Below, one piece after another: positions 23,713-36,400 of a DNA stretch of 64,000 nt (position 1 is its first letter; every line of letters starts with the position of its first letter). The translations under genes and the position numbers were made by a program. The notes beneath the pieces were generated by a model. It ran no database searches, had not been told where the DNA came from, and worked only from the letters and a program-made list of their open reading frames with translations. Source of the DNA: Phyllosticta citribraziliensis (lineage: Eukaryota); assembly GCF_038025025.1 (NCBI RefSeq), contig NW_027117340.1, positions 248,001 through 312,000 on the forward strand. Direction: 5' to 3'.

Positions 23713-25850
23713 ATGGCTGACGCGACTCCTGGCGACGCGCAGCACTCCCCTGACTCTGCGTCTCCGTCGCCCACAACGCAAGGTGACGCCGAACACAACG
23801 CCCCCAAAGACCAAGACCAAGACCAAGACGACGCGCCCTCCAGAGAGGGCACCCCGCCTCCGCTGCCTCCCCGCCCAAAGCGACTCCCTGTCCAGCCCTC
23901 GTTCGAGTCGTTCCGCCTGGGTTCCGCCTCATCCAGGGCCCCCTTGCAATCCCGCGCCACTACCGCCTTGTCTCTGCCCGACGTGCAAACTTACAACGAG
24001 CCCACCAGAGATGCCTCGGGGCCCTCCCCCACGCGCCAGTTCAGCATCGCCGGATCAACAAAGCCAGCGGCAGGAGGAAGCGATGGCGGCGACACGGCCA
24101 GCCTGCGCAGCTACGCGCCGACCCTCGAGGCGGGCGCCGAGGTCGAGAGCATACTAGGCGAGATGATGGCCGAGCAGGAGACTGTGGCGTGGAAAGCTAT
24201 GGCTCACCCGGCCGCCGGCAGCGACGCCCATGCCCTATTCCCGGAAGACCCGGCGCTCAGGGTGGCCTTTGGCCGCGAGTTTGACGACATGGACGACTTC
24301 AAGGCCGACGCGTCGAATGAAGGTCAGGCCGTCCGGCTCTTCCAGCTCGCCATGACGCTTGCTGATGTATCTTGTATCTGTAGAAGCGCTAGTCATGCAA
24401 TGGAGATCCAAATTGAAGCATTACCTGATTCTATCCTCGGCCGGCAAGCCCATCTACAGCCGCCATGGTGACGACCAGCTGATTGCCAACTCAATCGGCG
24501 TCGTACAGACGATTATATCCTTCTACCAAGATGCAGACGACACGCTCAAAGGATTCACTGCCGGCGGTGTCCGCTTCGTCGTCTTGTCCAAAGGCCCCCT
24601 GAACCTCGTGGCCGTTACAAAGCTCCCCGAGAGCGACGGCCAGCTGCGCACGCAGCTCGAATCACTTTACATGCAGATTCTTTCAACCCTCACCTTGCCC
24701 CAGATGGAACGCATGTTCCGGGCCCGAGCCTCGACTGACCTCCGCCGCCCTCTCCAGGGTACCGAGACCCTTCTGTCCGCCCTGGCAGATGGCTTTACGC
24801 GCGGGTCGCCCTCGACTCTGCTCTCTGCCCTGGAATGCCTGCGTCTGCGCAAGTCTCAGCGAAAGCTCATAGACAACACATTCCTCAAAACCCGAGCATC
24901 CAGCCTGCTATACGGTCTCATTGTGGCAGGCGGGCGATTGGTCAGCGTAATCCGGCCGAAAAAGCACAGCTTGCACCCAGGAGACCTGCAGCTCATTTTC
25001 AACATGCTCTTCGAGGCAGGCAGCGTCAAGGCAGCGGGCGGCGAGAATTGGATCCCGCTCTGCCTGCCCGGCTTCAACAACACAGGCTATCTGTACATGT
25101 ATGTCAGCTTCCTCAGCGTGAGCAGCGGCGGGACGGACCAAGAGGAAGAGCGGCCCAGCACGGCGGGCGGCGAGGACAATGAAATCGCCATCATCCTCAT
25201 CAGCGCAGACAAAGAGGGCTTCTTCGAGCTGCGCGAGATGAAGGACCAGCTGGTCAAGGTACTTTCCTCCCATCCCTGCGTGTCAAAAGCGCCACGCCCG
25301 GCTCTGACATGATTTCCAGCAACTCAGCGCCAACGGCTGCCTGACGACGATGCGCGACGCCGTCCGCCGCGGCCGGCCTCTCTGCACAGACATCGTCCCC
25401 GGCACGCCGCTCCGCCATTTCCTGTACAAGTCGCGCTCGCACGTGCAATTCACCATGCCGTCGTACAGTCCCACATTCGACTCAGCGCTAGACCGACGCC
25501 TGTAAGCCATCCACCCATCCCTCCAAACACCAACAAGAGCACAAAGAGAGTGCACATCAAAGACGCAGCCATTGACCATCGCCCGAAACAGCCTCATCAA
25601 TCTCTACACCCCGCTGCACGCAACGCTGCACACCCGGCCCTCGTCGTCGGCTGCTGCCGCTGCCAAAATTATCCACTCGTCTACGACCCATGCCACCGCT
25701 ATTGCGTGGAGCACCCCGCGCTTCGAGCTGTACGGCGTCGCGCCTGGCGCCACGAGTCGCGCTGCGCTGGCGCAGGCTGTCGGCCGCGTCGTCCAGTGGG
25801 TCCGACGTGAAGAGGAAAGGGTGTTTATCGTTGGTGGTGGTGTATTTTAG
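23713..25850 (+). CDS. MON1: Vacuolar fusion protein Mon1; introns 24323-24383, 25259-25319, 25502-25591
   Basis: [37 protein letters not shown] and terminal FIVGGGVF. Three GT-AG introns restore the frame. Confidence 0.93.
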
Positions 25851-26451
25851 GAAACTTCATGTGTTTGTGTTGTTGACGAGGTAGGAACGTAGCTGCGAGC
25901 TGGCAGTGAAGGGCTGGCGTTGTTTTGTGTAGGGTGTCTTGCCTTGTGGCTACATGGGTCTTGTGCGCGCCTATTGCATCGCATTGTGCGAGCATTGCGT
26001 CCTTGTGGTCATAAATAGAATTAACGAAGGTAGCATCGTGCCAGCGCTGGCTTCAGGAGTGAATGGCTTCTGAGATGCATATTCAGGGACGAAGGTACTA
26101 GTTGAAGCTCTATCAGGACTGGTCAGGTAGTACATGTTGGCAACTTAAGCAGATGGATAGTGAAGGCGATGGTGGCGATGATGGCGACGACACTAAGCCT
26201 AATATGCAGGTGGAAGATAATACCGCCAACCAGCGTGATTGTGTCATAGTCAACGTCAAAGAGCAAAGAGCACGAGGAGCGTTCGTCACGACAAATTGCG
26301 TTGGAACCGACAGAAAGAGGACATTGCGGCGACCAACAGGCGTGGAAAACACCACGAGCATGCGAAATACAAAAAGAAAGATATCATTGAAGAACGACGT
26401 CCATCACCACCACCAGCACCACCAGGCAAACTCAACACCAAAAGAAAGAGC

Positions 26452-26737
26452 AAAAAATCAGCGCCGAAGCACCTGCAAAGCCCCCGCGAGCAGCGACTTT
26501 CCCCGCCCGCTTTGGCGCGACGTGGTCGGACAGCGACACCGTAATTGGCGTCAGTCCGCGGAATGCCGCGAGTCCGATTCGAACTCGAGCCCCGCCGCTT
26601 TCCGGATCCAGCCCAAGCCGTTGGCACAGCGTTAGTCAGGCCTTTTCACGATTCGTAAGAATCGAGGGGTTGATGGTTCGACTACGCCAGTGTGCCGACT
26701 TGGGTGGGTGTCCGGATGCTGAGATGGACGTCGCGGT
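26452..26737 (-). ncRNA. Candidate structured non-coding RNA of unknown family (putative Pol III transcript)
   Basis: Many nested complementary helices, a cUUCGg hairpin followed by T6, B-box GTTCGAATC and A-box-like TGGCGTAGTCG. See findings. Confidence 0.55.
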
Positions 26738-28468
26738 TTGGGGTTTTATGTGGGGAGGGCGGGTGTGGTGATTGTGTCGGCGTCGGCGTCGTCGTCGTCG
26801 GCGGCGGCGGCTCCTGCTGCTGCGTCGCCGCCATCAAGGCTCTGTGGTGTTGCAGGCCTCGCCCTCACGCCATTCACCTCACCTCGTCGACATGTCTTTG
26901 GTGTCGCAGCCAACATCCACGGCTGTTGCCTTCTAGGTGTTTCTTTTGCGTCGTCCTGCCCAGACGAACATGTTTTTGATGTTGCAACCCACACTCTCTC
27001 CGCGCAACAGTCCACCCACACATGTCGCCTGCTCCTTGCTCATGAAGGTGCAGCTTCACTCGCCCTCTTCCTCTTGCGGTTGGACGTTTGTTCCCAGCTC
27101 TTGAAAAAATAGACTTGGAATCAAAGCAATTAAACGTAGGGAGCAGAAGGACAAGATTGAGTTCGTGGGCTGTTGCACATAGTCACAGACCTTTGAAAGA
27201 AGCAGCACGCGCGAAAAGATCACTGAAGAGGTTCGGAGAATAAAACAAGCGCCAACGTCGATCTTTCTGGGGTCTTCGACCTGCTCCGTCCGCCGGGTCT
27301 ACCTCCAAGCTGCTGCATAACTTGGGCGCCAGATTGTATCATTGGACTTGAAAAGGTAACTCACAAGACGAGTCTTCTTTAAGGTAGAGATGGCAGTCGG
27401 GCTGCAAGGAGAGGAAGTAGTCGTTGACGCCTGAAAAGTCGGGCGGGGATGATCTTTGATCCGCTCGCTAGTCGTCGACCACCCTTGCTCTGATCGACGC
27501 TGTCTCTTTTGACCTCACCTTCTCTTTGCCCAGCCTTTGAGTGACGCAGTGGTAAGAATCCTGCTTTGAATCACGTTGTGTATGCGTTGCCTGAGGTTTT
27601 CAAGCCTGTTCGAGCCATCATCCTTATCGAAAAATGAGAAGTTCGAGCGTTCACGAATTACGCTTCACTTTTTAGTGGGACTTCTGCTTGAATCGCATAT
27701 CGCTTCAATGTCTTTCGTATATTTACCTTTCAAGCCCCATGGCTTGGATGTTTCTCCTATGTCTTTGTCGATTTCTTTTCCGGGTTGCTGCGGAGCCACT
27801 CCACAGCCAGCAGGATCTTTTAATCTCTGCTACTAACGGCAGCTTCAATCACTCATCAAAGCATTCCGATAATCTCTTATGAGCCAGCCGCGCTGGATGG
27901 TTTAGCATGTGGTTCTTCCTGGTGTGAAAGTACAGCTTGAGGTGGCCAAAGCTTGCATGTTAACACGAGCAGAAAACGCCCCGAGGTGAAGAGAGGCGCG
28001 ATTCGCAAAGCTTCATGGTCACGAGTGTCAAAAGTGGCTGCGACAGGTGTGATGTGATTGTGCTGGTCTTTTGCGCAAGACGCCCCCAGAATGGACGCGA
28101 TGAGGTTTTCAGGTGAGGAGCCAAAGCCTCAGCCTTTTCCGCTCAATGGCACGTCATGTCAAGGTCGTAGTGGAATCAAGGTGCAAAGAAAGGGCTGTCA
28201 GTTGCAAGGGATTTGGTCGACTTTTTGCGGGCGTTGGAAAAAGAGCAGAGCCGTTGGTCAGGTTCAGTCGCCCTACCGTGGATGAATTTGCCGAATGCTC
28301 CCACCCAGATTCGACCAAGGTAAACACGTCCACGCGCGTATTTTTCCGTGCCTCGGATTCCCATTCACCTTGCCCTCTCCTACGTTTCTTCAACAACACC
28401 CCCCCCCCCCCCCCCCACCAACCCACCAGTTGTCCAACCACCAACTGGCCTCGACTGCATCAGGCGCG

Positions 28469-31400
28469 ATGGACCCTAGAAATTCTTGGCTTGGCCGGCC
28501 CGACGACAAGTGGATGGCAAGACACGGCTTCAGTCTTTCCACTGAGTTCAAAGTCGACGCGCCCGTCGTCCAGAGCTTTGATGACCCCCCGGCCCAGGAT
28601 TCTGGAGATGCCTTGTGGCGCCACTTGGGTTTCCAAGTAGAGCCTTGGTAAGAGTACCCACGCTGACGCCCGCTGTTCTGTCTTCTGACCTTGAACCTCA
28701 AGTACGACACGTCGCGAGAGGGCCATGAGGACCCACCGTTTGACGTACGAGAAGGACCCTAAGGTGGACCGCAATGACACCTTTGATTGCAACCTCACCC
28801 CCAAGCAGCAGCTCGACATGCCGAAAGAGTATAGTTGCCCCAACCTTTCTCGCTTGAAATTTCCATTGACGCGTTGACTTAGGTTTTGGTACAACCGTTG
28901 CCTGCGTTGCGGAATTCCCGAAGCTTGGTTTCCAACCAAAGACCACAACTGGCGAAACTGCAAATACCGTTGCTGGTATTGTCAGAGCATGGCGCACGCC
29001 AATCAGCCCTGTCAAGGTTATTTTCGTCAAATCATCAATGGCGTCCGCCAGGTCATCAGCGAGGAACCTCCCGGCCTTGGCTGGTACGAGCGCAATACCC
29101 GACCGCAGACACCGCCCCGAGCCTCGCCTCCTCCAGCGCTAGCTCTTCCGGAAGAGGTACGTCCAACTGAAGAATAGTCATCTTCACAGACCCAATCACA
29201 CCACTGACACTTGCTAGACTTACTACCCCACCTCAGGCGCTCCCGAGAACAAAAGAGAGCCAGAAGTCATCTCGCTTCTTTCAAGCTCGCCCTCCGCCGA
29301 CGGAAGAGACCAGGAAGAGTTGCGCGAAGTCCCTGCAGATGTGCTGGAATACCCTGCCCAAGAAGAGGAATTTGAAACGAGGGACAATCCCCAGGATCAA
29401 GGTCTGGATGCTCGGCGGTCGTACCATGGCGCTGAACAGCAAGAGTTTAGAGGCATCTATCAGCCTCAGCCGTTCAGCAAGGGCTCGTCTTGGATGTTTC
29501 CCAACTCTCTTGGAGAGGCGGATTCTGAAGACGTCTCGTACTTTCCACCACCTTCCACCCATCACGGTTTCCCAGAAGTGGTGCAATCGGTCGAGTGGGA
29601 CCCTTCGATTGAGTTTGGTGAACACGACCATGGAGCAACGAACGTCGATCATGATGGCTCGGAATCACCTCAATTGGTGCAATCGGTCGAGTGGAATCCT
29701 TCCATGGAGTTTGGCTACCACGACCCTGGAGCTACGAATGTCGACTACGATGGCCCGGAATCGCCTCAGACTGTCATTTGCATTGACAGCGACGAAGATG
29801 AGAATGAGCACGATATCGGAGACGATGTTAGCGAAAACAATGAGAGCGAGGACGATAACAGCGATTCGGATGATTATGGAAGCGAGCGCAACCACAACAG
29901 TCCAGAGGTCATTGATTTGACATCCAGCTCGTCTCCCGCTTCTGAGAACTCGTTCCATGAAGGATACGCTCCGGAGCCACAGTCTCCTCTGCAGCTTGAC
30001 GAAGAAATGGGCTTCGTGATCGATGAGTCTGAAGATCAGGAATCTGATGGCTTTCCTGAAGAAGTGCCATCCATCGAGGTAGACGAGAATGTCTCGCAGT
30101 GTGGCTCCGATGTTTATCCAAGCTCTGACACTATCATGGCCGACGATGGCGACGTGGATGATGCGCACTCTGATCGGTCAAGGCAGTACTCGCGAGGGTT
30201 GGGCTACTTAGCCCGCGACTCTCTCTCGCCCCGGCGACGAGAGCGCTCAGAGCGCCCACCTGAGCCTTCGGACAACGAGTTTTACCATTTGAGCAACCAA
30301 GCTCGCGACTGTCTCTTGGACCAACGCAAGTCTGACCCAGACGCTTCGCCAACTTCCGACAACCAATCGAATCACTCGGACCCCGTAGTCCGCACCCACC
30401 GTTCGCCTTTGCCAGAGTATTTCGAGGGCACGCCTCTGGCTTCGCAGGACAATTCATGCCATTTGGGCCTCATGGCCCGCAATTCCCTTTCGCCTCTGCG
30501 GAAGGACTTCCAGCGTTCGTTTCAGGGTTTTTACCACGGGCTACACCAGTCGCAACCCTCGGGTCGTGGATACTATGCGCCTCTCAGTGATACCCTTGAG
30601 CGCCCGTCTATTGCTCTGGACGACAGCGGATTCAACAACGAAGCCGATCTGCCATCACAGCATGAAGTCGCTGGGACACCCTATCAAGCTAGCGAATTTC
30701 TGCATCCTCAGCTTGAAAGGAGCCCCCGGTTCGCTTTGAGCTCTGATCAAGACCTTTCCTACATCACGGCCGTCGAATACATCAATCACCCGACTGAGCC
30801 CCAGTCAGATCCTCATGAACCGACTCTGGAGTTCTCCGAAGAGCTTCATACTGCATTGTCGCACTTCTTTAGCAGCCCTTCCTCGCAGAACATCCCTGAA
30901 GCGTCTGCCGTGCAGCGCGACGAGTACACGGTCTGGCCACACCAACCTCAAGATAATCACTGGGAGGCGTATTCAACGCCTTCAACGCTTCGTAATTCCA
31001 ACTCGATGACCCTTGCTGAAGAGGACTATCAAACTGTGGAGTGGGATTCGGCAGCGCAAGACAATTCGTCAAATGGCTCTTCCCTCCTTCAGCAGGATCT
31101 TGAGGCGGGGCTCCAGAATTCTTTCTCTCAGGACGACGATGACTCAAATTCGGCACCTCGCTACCAGGGAGATTTTCGATATGCGCCTACGACAGACTTG
31201 GGCGCTCCCAACACTTCTTCCACTTCGCTCGATCATGTTGAAAGCAGCTCTGAACATGGAATGCAGGCAGACGCCGACACAAAAGATGGTCTATTGTACG
31301 ACGTCGACACGATGGAGGCACAGCTCCACCATGAGCACCTAGCAGAGGACGACATCTTGCTCAATTGTCCTCCATCATCTCAGACAGTGGTTGGAGATGA

Positions 31401-33018
31401 GGAATCGCCGACTGACATCGACGGCGATGAAAGCATCGACTACGCTTCGGGATCCAGTGAATCCGGAGAGAGTGGCGTGGGCTTGAGGCCCGTGTCAGGC
31501 AAAACGTGGAACATGGATGCGCTCGAGGCCTACTATGCAAATCAACTGGAAAGCTTCGGCCATGCTTCGGGATCCAGTGAGTCCAGTGGATCCAGAGACG
31601 GAGGCGTAAGCCTGAGTCCCGTGACAGGTAAAACTTGGAACACGGATTCTCTTGAGGCCTACTACGCAAACCAAAGAGAACTGGAGAGCATACTTGGCGA
31701 CTCAGCTTCAACCACTGATGAAGAGAGCGATGACGAAGAGACCGGCACCACTTGCGGCCCGTCTCCAACCTCTGGTGAGGAGAGTGATGATGAAGAGACC
31801 GGCACAATTCGCAACACGTCTCCAAGCCCCAGCGAGGAGAGTGAGGATGAAGAGACCGGCACAGCTCGCAACATGTCTCCAGTCCCTGACGAAGAGAGCG
31901 ACGATGAGGGCACTGTCGTCATTCACTACCTGTCTCCAGTCTCTGGGACGGAGAGGGATGAAGACTCTGACGATTACGTGCGGTACGACGAGGATGCGGA
32001 CACTGACGATGAACACCACATCGAACGCTCCCCGTACGACAAAAGACGAATGGCGGGCCTGTACTCAGATGACGATATCCACGAGGAGCAAGATTCTGGA
32101 GACGTCCAGGCTTACGAAGATGAGGACTGCGAAGATCACGAGGAATATGACGGCAGCTCCGACAGCTCCGACACTGTTGAAGCGGACCATGAGAATGACG
32201 ACGTGAGATGGACCAATTACACCTATGACACGATGGCGAGTCTATACCAAGGACGCTCCGGAACTGCCGCCAACACCATGATGGAAGACGACGAAGAGAA
32301 GAGGGCCAGGGCACCCAGCTCTGTCACAGCCAACAACAATCAGCAGAACAACATTCCTGAGTGGCTGTTCGCGAGCCAAACAACCCCCCAGCAACAGCAG
32401 CAGCCGCCCACCAACACCATCAACATCCACGCAGCCCAGCACTACATCGCCTCGCCAGCGCCCGCGCTCTCGCGCTCTCCCCTCTCAACAGCGACTACCG
32501 AGTCCGCCGACGGCCCCGCCTACGACGCAGACCACACCTGGGAGCGCGCCGTCACGGACGGCATTCCCGACGCCGTCGAGGAAATCAGCATCGACGAGCT
32601 GCACGCCCTGGCGCAGACGGGCCACACCGACGCCATGCGGGTCTGCTACGTCAACCGCACCGAGGCCATGGTCGACGCCGCGGCCGCAAACGCCCTTGTT
32701 ATGCTCCTCGCCGACGACCAACAGCAGCAGCAGATCGAGGACCACCAGCAGCAGCAGCCGCCGCCACCTTCACACTTCCCTGAGCTTTCGACGCGCTCGC
32801 CGTCACCCCTCTCGTCGCCCTCTGCCCAGCAGCTGCAGAGCGAGACGTGGCGCGCGTCCTCTGCTCCCGCCGCCGCGCCGCGCGCTCGTTCGTCGCGCAG
32901 CTACGGCGAGTTGGGCGAGCAGCAGACGCGCCGTGGTGTGCCGAGGGCGCGGACGCGCAGTCGGTCGCCCGAGCGCTGGCGTGTTCCGTCGTTTGAGGAT
33001 TACCGCCAGCGCGAGTGA
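28469..33018 (+). CDS. Large acidic, disordered orphan protein with N-terminal tandem zinc knuckles; exons 28469-28647, 28703-28828, 28883-29156, 29218-33018
   Basis: Three GT-AG introns (CTGAC/TTGAC branch sites) join the small 5' exons in frame to the 1232-aa ORF. Exon 3 encodes CLRCGIPEAWFPTKDHNWRNC and CWYCQSMAHANQPC. Confidence 0.72.
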
Positions 33019-33444
33019 GCTGGAGGGCTGGTTAGCTAGTTCTTTACTCTTGAAAGGGGCGAGTCTGGTGGAAGGGGGATTGGGAGGTGGAGAGGCTGGT
33101 TGTTGAGAGGGTGGTGAGGAGCGCGTGCTTTGGATTTAACGGGTTTTGCTTCCGTTGGCTCTGTGTCATTTTGACAAGCGTTCCATTCGATTGAATTACG
33201 ACATGGGCCTGGCGGCTTGGTCTTCGGTAGATTCACTGCAAGACTGAAGCAAACGGTAATCCAGCACAATGAAAAAAGGTTGAAACTTGTCTTCCCATAC
33301 TCTATGATGAATCGCCAACGCGCTTTTATCGCTCCGAGTGCGATCTAACCATGAACACGCTTCCAATAGTCCTATCCTGACAAAAGTTTCTCTTCAACCA
33401 CGACACATCCCCCATCCAAGCGCATACATCCAAGTGCTTTCGCC

Positions 33445-36400
33445 TCACGCCTGGGGTCCACCGAAGCGCGTCACCTTGACGCCCCTCGCCGCAACCGCTT
33501 CCTTGACCTTGCCAGCCACAAACTTCTTCTTCTCGCTCTTCCTGACGTACGCCTTGACCTCGGCCTTTGTGACCAAGCCACTGCCAATGCCAGTGCCATC
33601 GCCACCCTCGATCGACATGCGCGCTGGCAGCGGGCTGCCATTCTCCCAATCCAAGAGGCGCTGGCTGCGTCCCGTGCCAGGCGTGCTGCCCCTGACGCTG
33701 CGGCGCATGCCGCTGGGCGGCGTGGCCCACACGGCAGGGCTGCTCTCGCGGCTGTGGCGGCCGAGGCTGGAGCGCAGAGTCATGGCAGTCAGACCTGCAG
33801 TGATGTCCTCGGGGTCCTCCGCCGGAGCGGGCTCGTAGTCGTCCTCGTCGTCAAAAGCACCGAGGATTTTTGCCTTGCGCATCTTGGCTTCAATGACGTC
33901 GAGGTCGCCGCTCTTTGCCTCGACCATGGCAGTCATTCTGCGAACGGTGCTTTCGACAGCTTCCGCGGTTGGAGTGGCTGTTGAACTGGACGAGCCGCCG
34001 TTGGCACCTTTAGCTGCTGCGGCAGAGGCGAGCTTGGCTTTCAATAATATGATGCCTTCCTCGGCCTGAGAGAGGAGCTTCTGTGTCTCGGCAAACGTGT
34101 TTCGCAAAGCAATCTGCTGTGTAGATTGCTCTTCGCTCAGCGGGGTAGCGCGAAGTTGCCTCTGCTTTTCGGGGTCACGGCGAGACTCGATGGTCTTGCG
34201 GACGTCAATGAGGCGACGGCGCAACTGTGCAACCTCCTTGCTGAGACGAACAAGCTCCGATATCTTGGACCTGACGTCGGCCACCCTGCCAGTCTCGAGA
34301 TTGCGCTCGATGGAGTCTTCGACCTTGGAAAGGTCCTCAATCTCAGCTAGCACCCAGTCATTCTCCTCTCCATCAACATCAATATCGAGATCCTCTCGAG
34401 TGCGGCCCTCGTGGGTTATGGAGTTGTGACCCTTGATGAAACCAGCCAGTTCGAGTGCGTTGAGGCCAACGGTGTCGACCATGTCCTGGATGTCCCGATA
34501 CAACTGTTCCATCGAGCCTGCGACGCTATTGGATCCTGGTTTGCCGACATAGTCTTGGTGCACATAGAGTTCACCGAGCTTGGTCTTGGCTTGCGGCGAC
34601 GAGGATAGCCGTGCCTGGGTGTCATCGAATTGTCTATCATCCTCGGCCCATTCCATAAAGTCTGGCTCAGGCTCAGCAGGAGGACGGGAAGTTTGACGCT
34701 TGAGCGGTGTTGGTGGGGGAAGGGTGATGGGCTGATGTCTCCTTGGCCCAGGGCTCAGCAGCGATGTGGAGGCTGCACGGACTGGACTCGGAGATCGGAA
34801 CGGCTCCTTTTTAGGGGGTGAGAAAACTGGATTGTAGGTCTTTGGCATGCCGGCTGGAGTCGTCGAGGCTCTAAAATCGGGGGTCGGGGGGTCGGTTAGC
34901 TTAAAGGGACTGCGCGGCTTGGGCGATTCTGGAGCCTCGGTTTTGGAGGGGACGCTTCCAAAACCCCAGGTGCTTTTCGGCTTCGTCGAAGAGCCATCAT
35001 ACAAGTCCTCCTTGTCACCCTCGGGGGAGTCTGGAATCTCGACTTCGACAGGAGGACTTCCTGCAATAGCCTCTTCATTGTCCTTTGTTTCCTTTGGCTT
35101 TGCAGCGAAATCCGGAGGCAGAGGCGCGTCCTCTGGTGAGGAAGGTGCCGACTGTTCTTGAGGGTCTGGTGGCAGAGGTGCATCTTCTGGAGTCTCCTTC
35201 TTGCCAGGTGTAGCTGTAAAATCAGGTGGAAGAGGCGCGTCGTCCACTTCGGGCTTGGTCTTTGCTTCAGGTTTCGTAAAGTCGGGGGGCAACGGAGCAT
35301 CCTCCACTTTCTCAGCAGGAGGGGATTCGGGCGACTCGGCAGTCTTGGGAGGAAACGAAAGTCCTGATGAGGGTGCGCCGAATGGCGTAGATGGTTTGCC
35401 GAGGTTTGGGAACAGGGGCTTCTGCTCGGTCTTCTCGGGAGCCTTTCCAAAGCCAAAGCCAAAGCTGCTGGGCGTTTCTGGCTGCGTGGGCTTCGAAGCG
35501 GCTTCACCAAGAGCTTGACCAAACGAGGATCCAAGTCCAAAGCTCCCAGAAGGCTCGGCAGGTTTTGGCAAATCGTCTTTGGCGGATCCATCTGGCTTGA
35601 AGCTGGACTCCAACTTGAATCCCTTCATGCCCAAGCCGGAAGAAGTGGGTTCCTCTTTCGGGGCGGTGTTTGCAGTTGCAGCCGGTTCGTCACCAACATC
35701 ACCCATCTCCGACTCTTGAGTCTTTGGCTCCTCTACCTTTTGACCAAAAGCGCTCGTTTGGGGGGCTGCGGAAGCAAAGGGACTTTTACCAAAGCTACTC
35801 GTTCCGGCGGGCTTACCAAAAGCGCTTCCTGGTGCCGAGGGTTGACCAAACGTGGACCCGCTGCTGCCCGCGCCCGCGAATGCAGGTTGGCTAGTCTTGT
35901 TCAAACCTCCAAAAGGCGACTGGCCAGTTTGTCCGGCGGAAGCAAAGGGCGATGCCCCAGCCTGTTGGCCGAATTTTGAAAATGGCGATTCCTTTGCTGC
36001 CGACCCGGAGCCAAAAGGTTGCTGGGGCTGGCTCGGCGACTGACCAAAGGTTGATCCTGGCATCGAGGCTTGTCCAAATGAAGTCTGTCCAAAGGCAGGT
36101 TTTGAAGGAAGGGAGGGAGAGCCAAAGCCAGGCTGACCAAAGGCTGGCTTGGATGGAGTGCCAAAGCTCGCTTGTCCAAAGGCTGGTTGAGAAGGTTGGC
36201 CAAATGCAGGCTTGGTGGCGGATCCAAAAGTCGATCCAGCTGCTTGTCCAAACGGCGAGGCCTTTGGAGCACTGCTGCCAAATGCGCTTTGTCCAAATGC
36301 AGTGGCGGACGATGCCGAGTTCGACCAAGGACTGGAAGCAGCTGGTTGTTGCGGCTGGGCCTGGGTCTGTGATGTCTGCAAAACCCCGTTTGCCGATGTG

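Noticed and set aside
26623..26697. tRNA-sized segment on + with GGCACA/TGTGCC ends and GGTTCGAC
   Set aside because: The T stem does not pair, there is no D-loop GG context, and the anticodon loop is the wrong size. Treated as part of the larger structured element.
25851..28468. Telomerase RNA or TPP riboswitch explanation for the structured region
   Set aside because: No TAACCCT-type template seen on either strand. GCTGAGA at ~26718 lacks the downstream half of a TPP aptamer.
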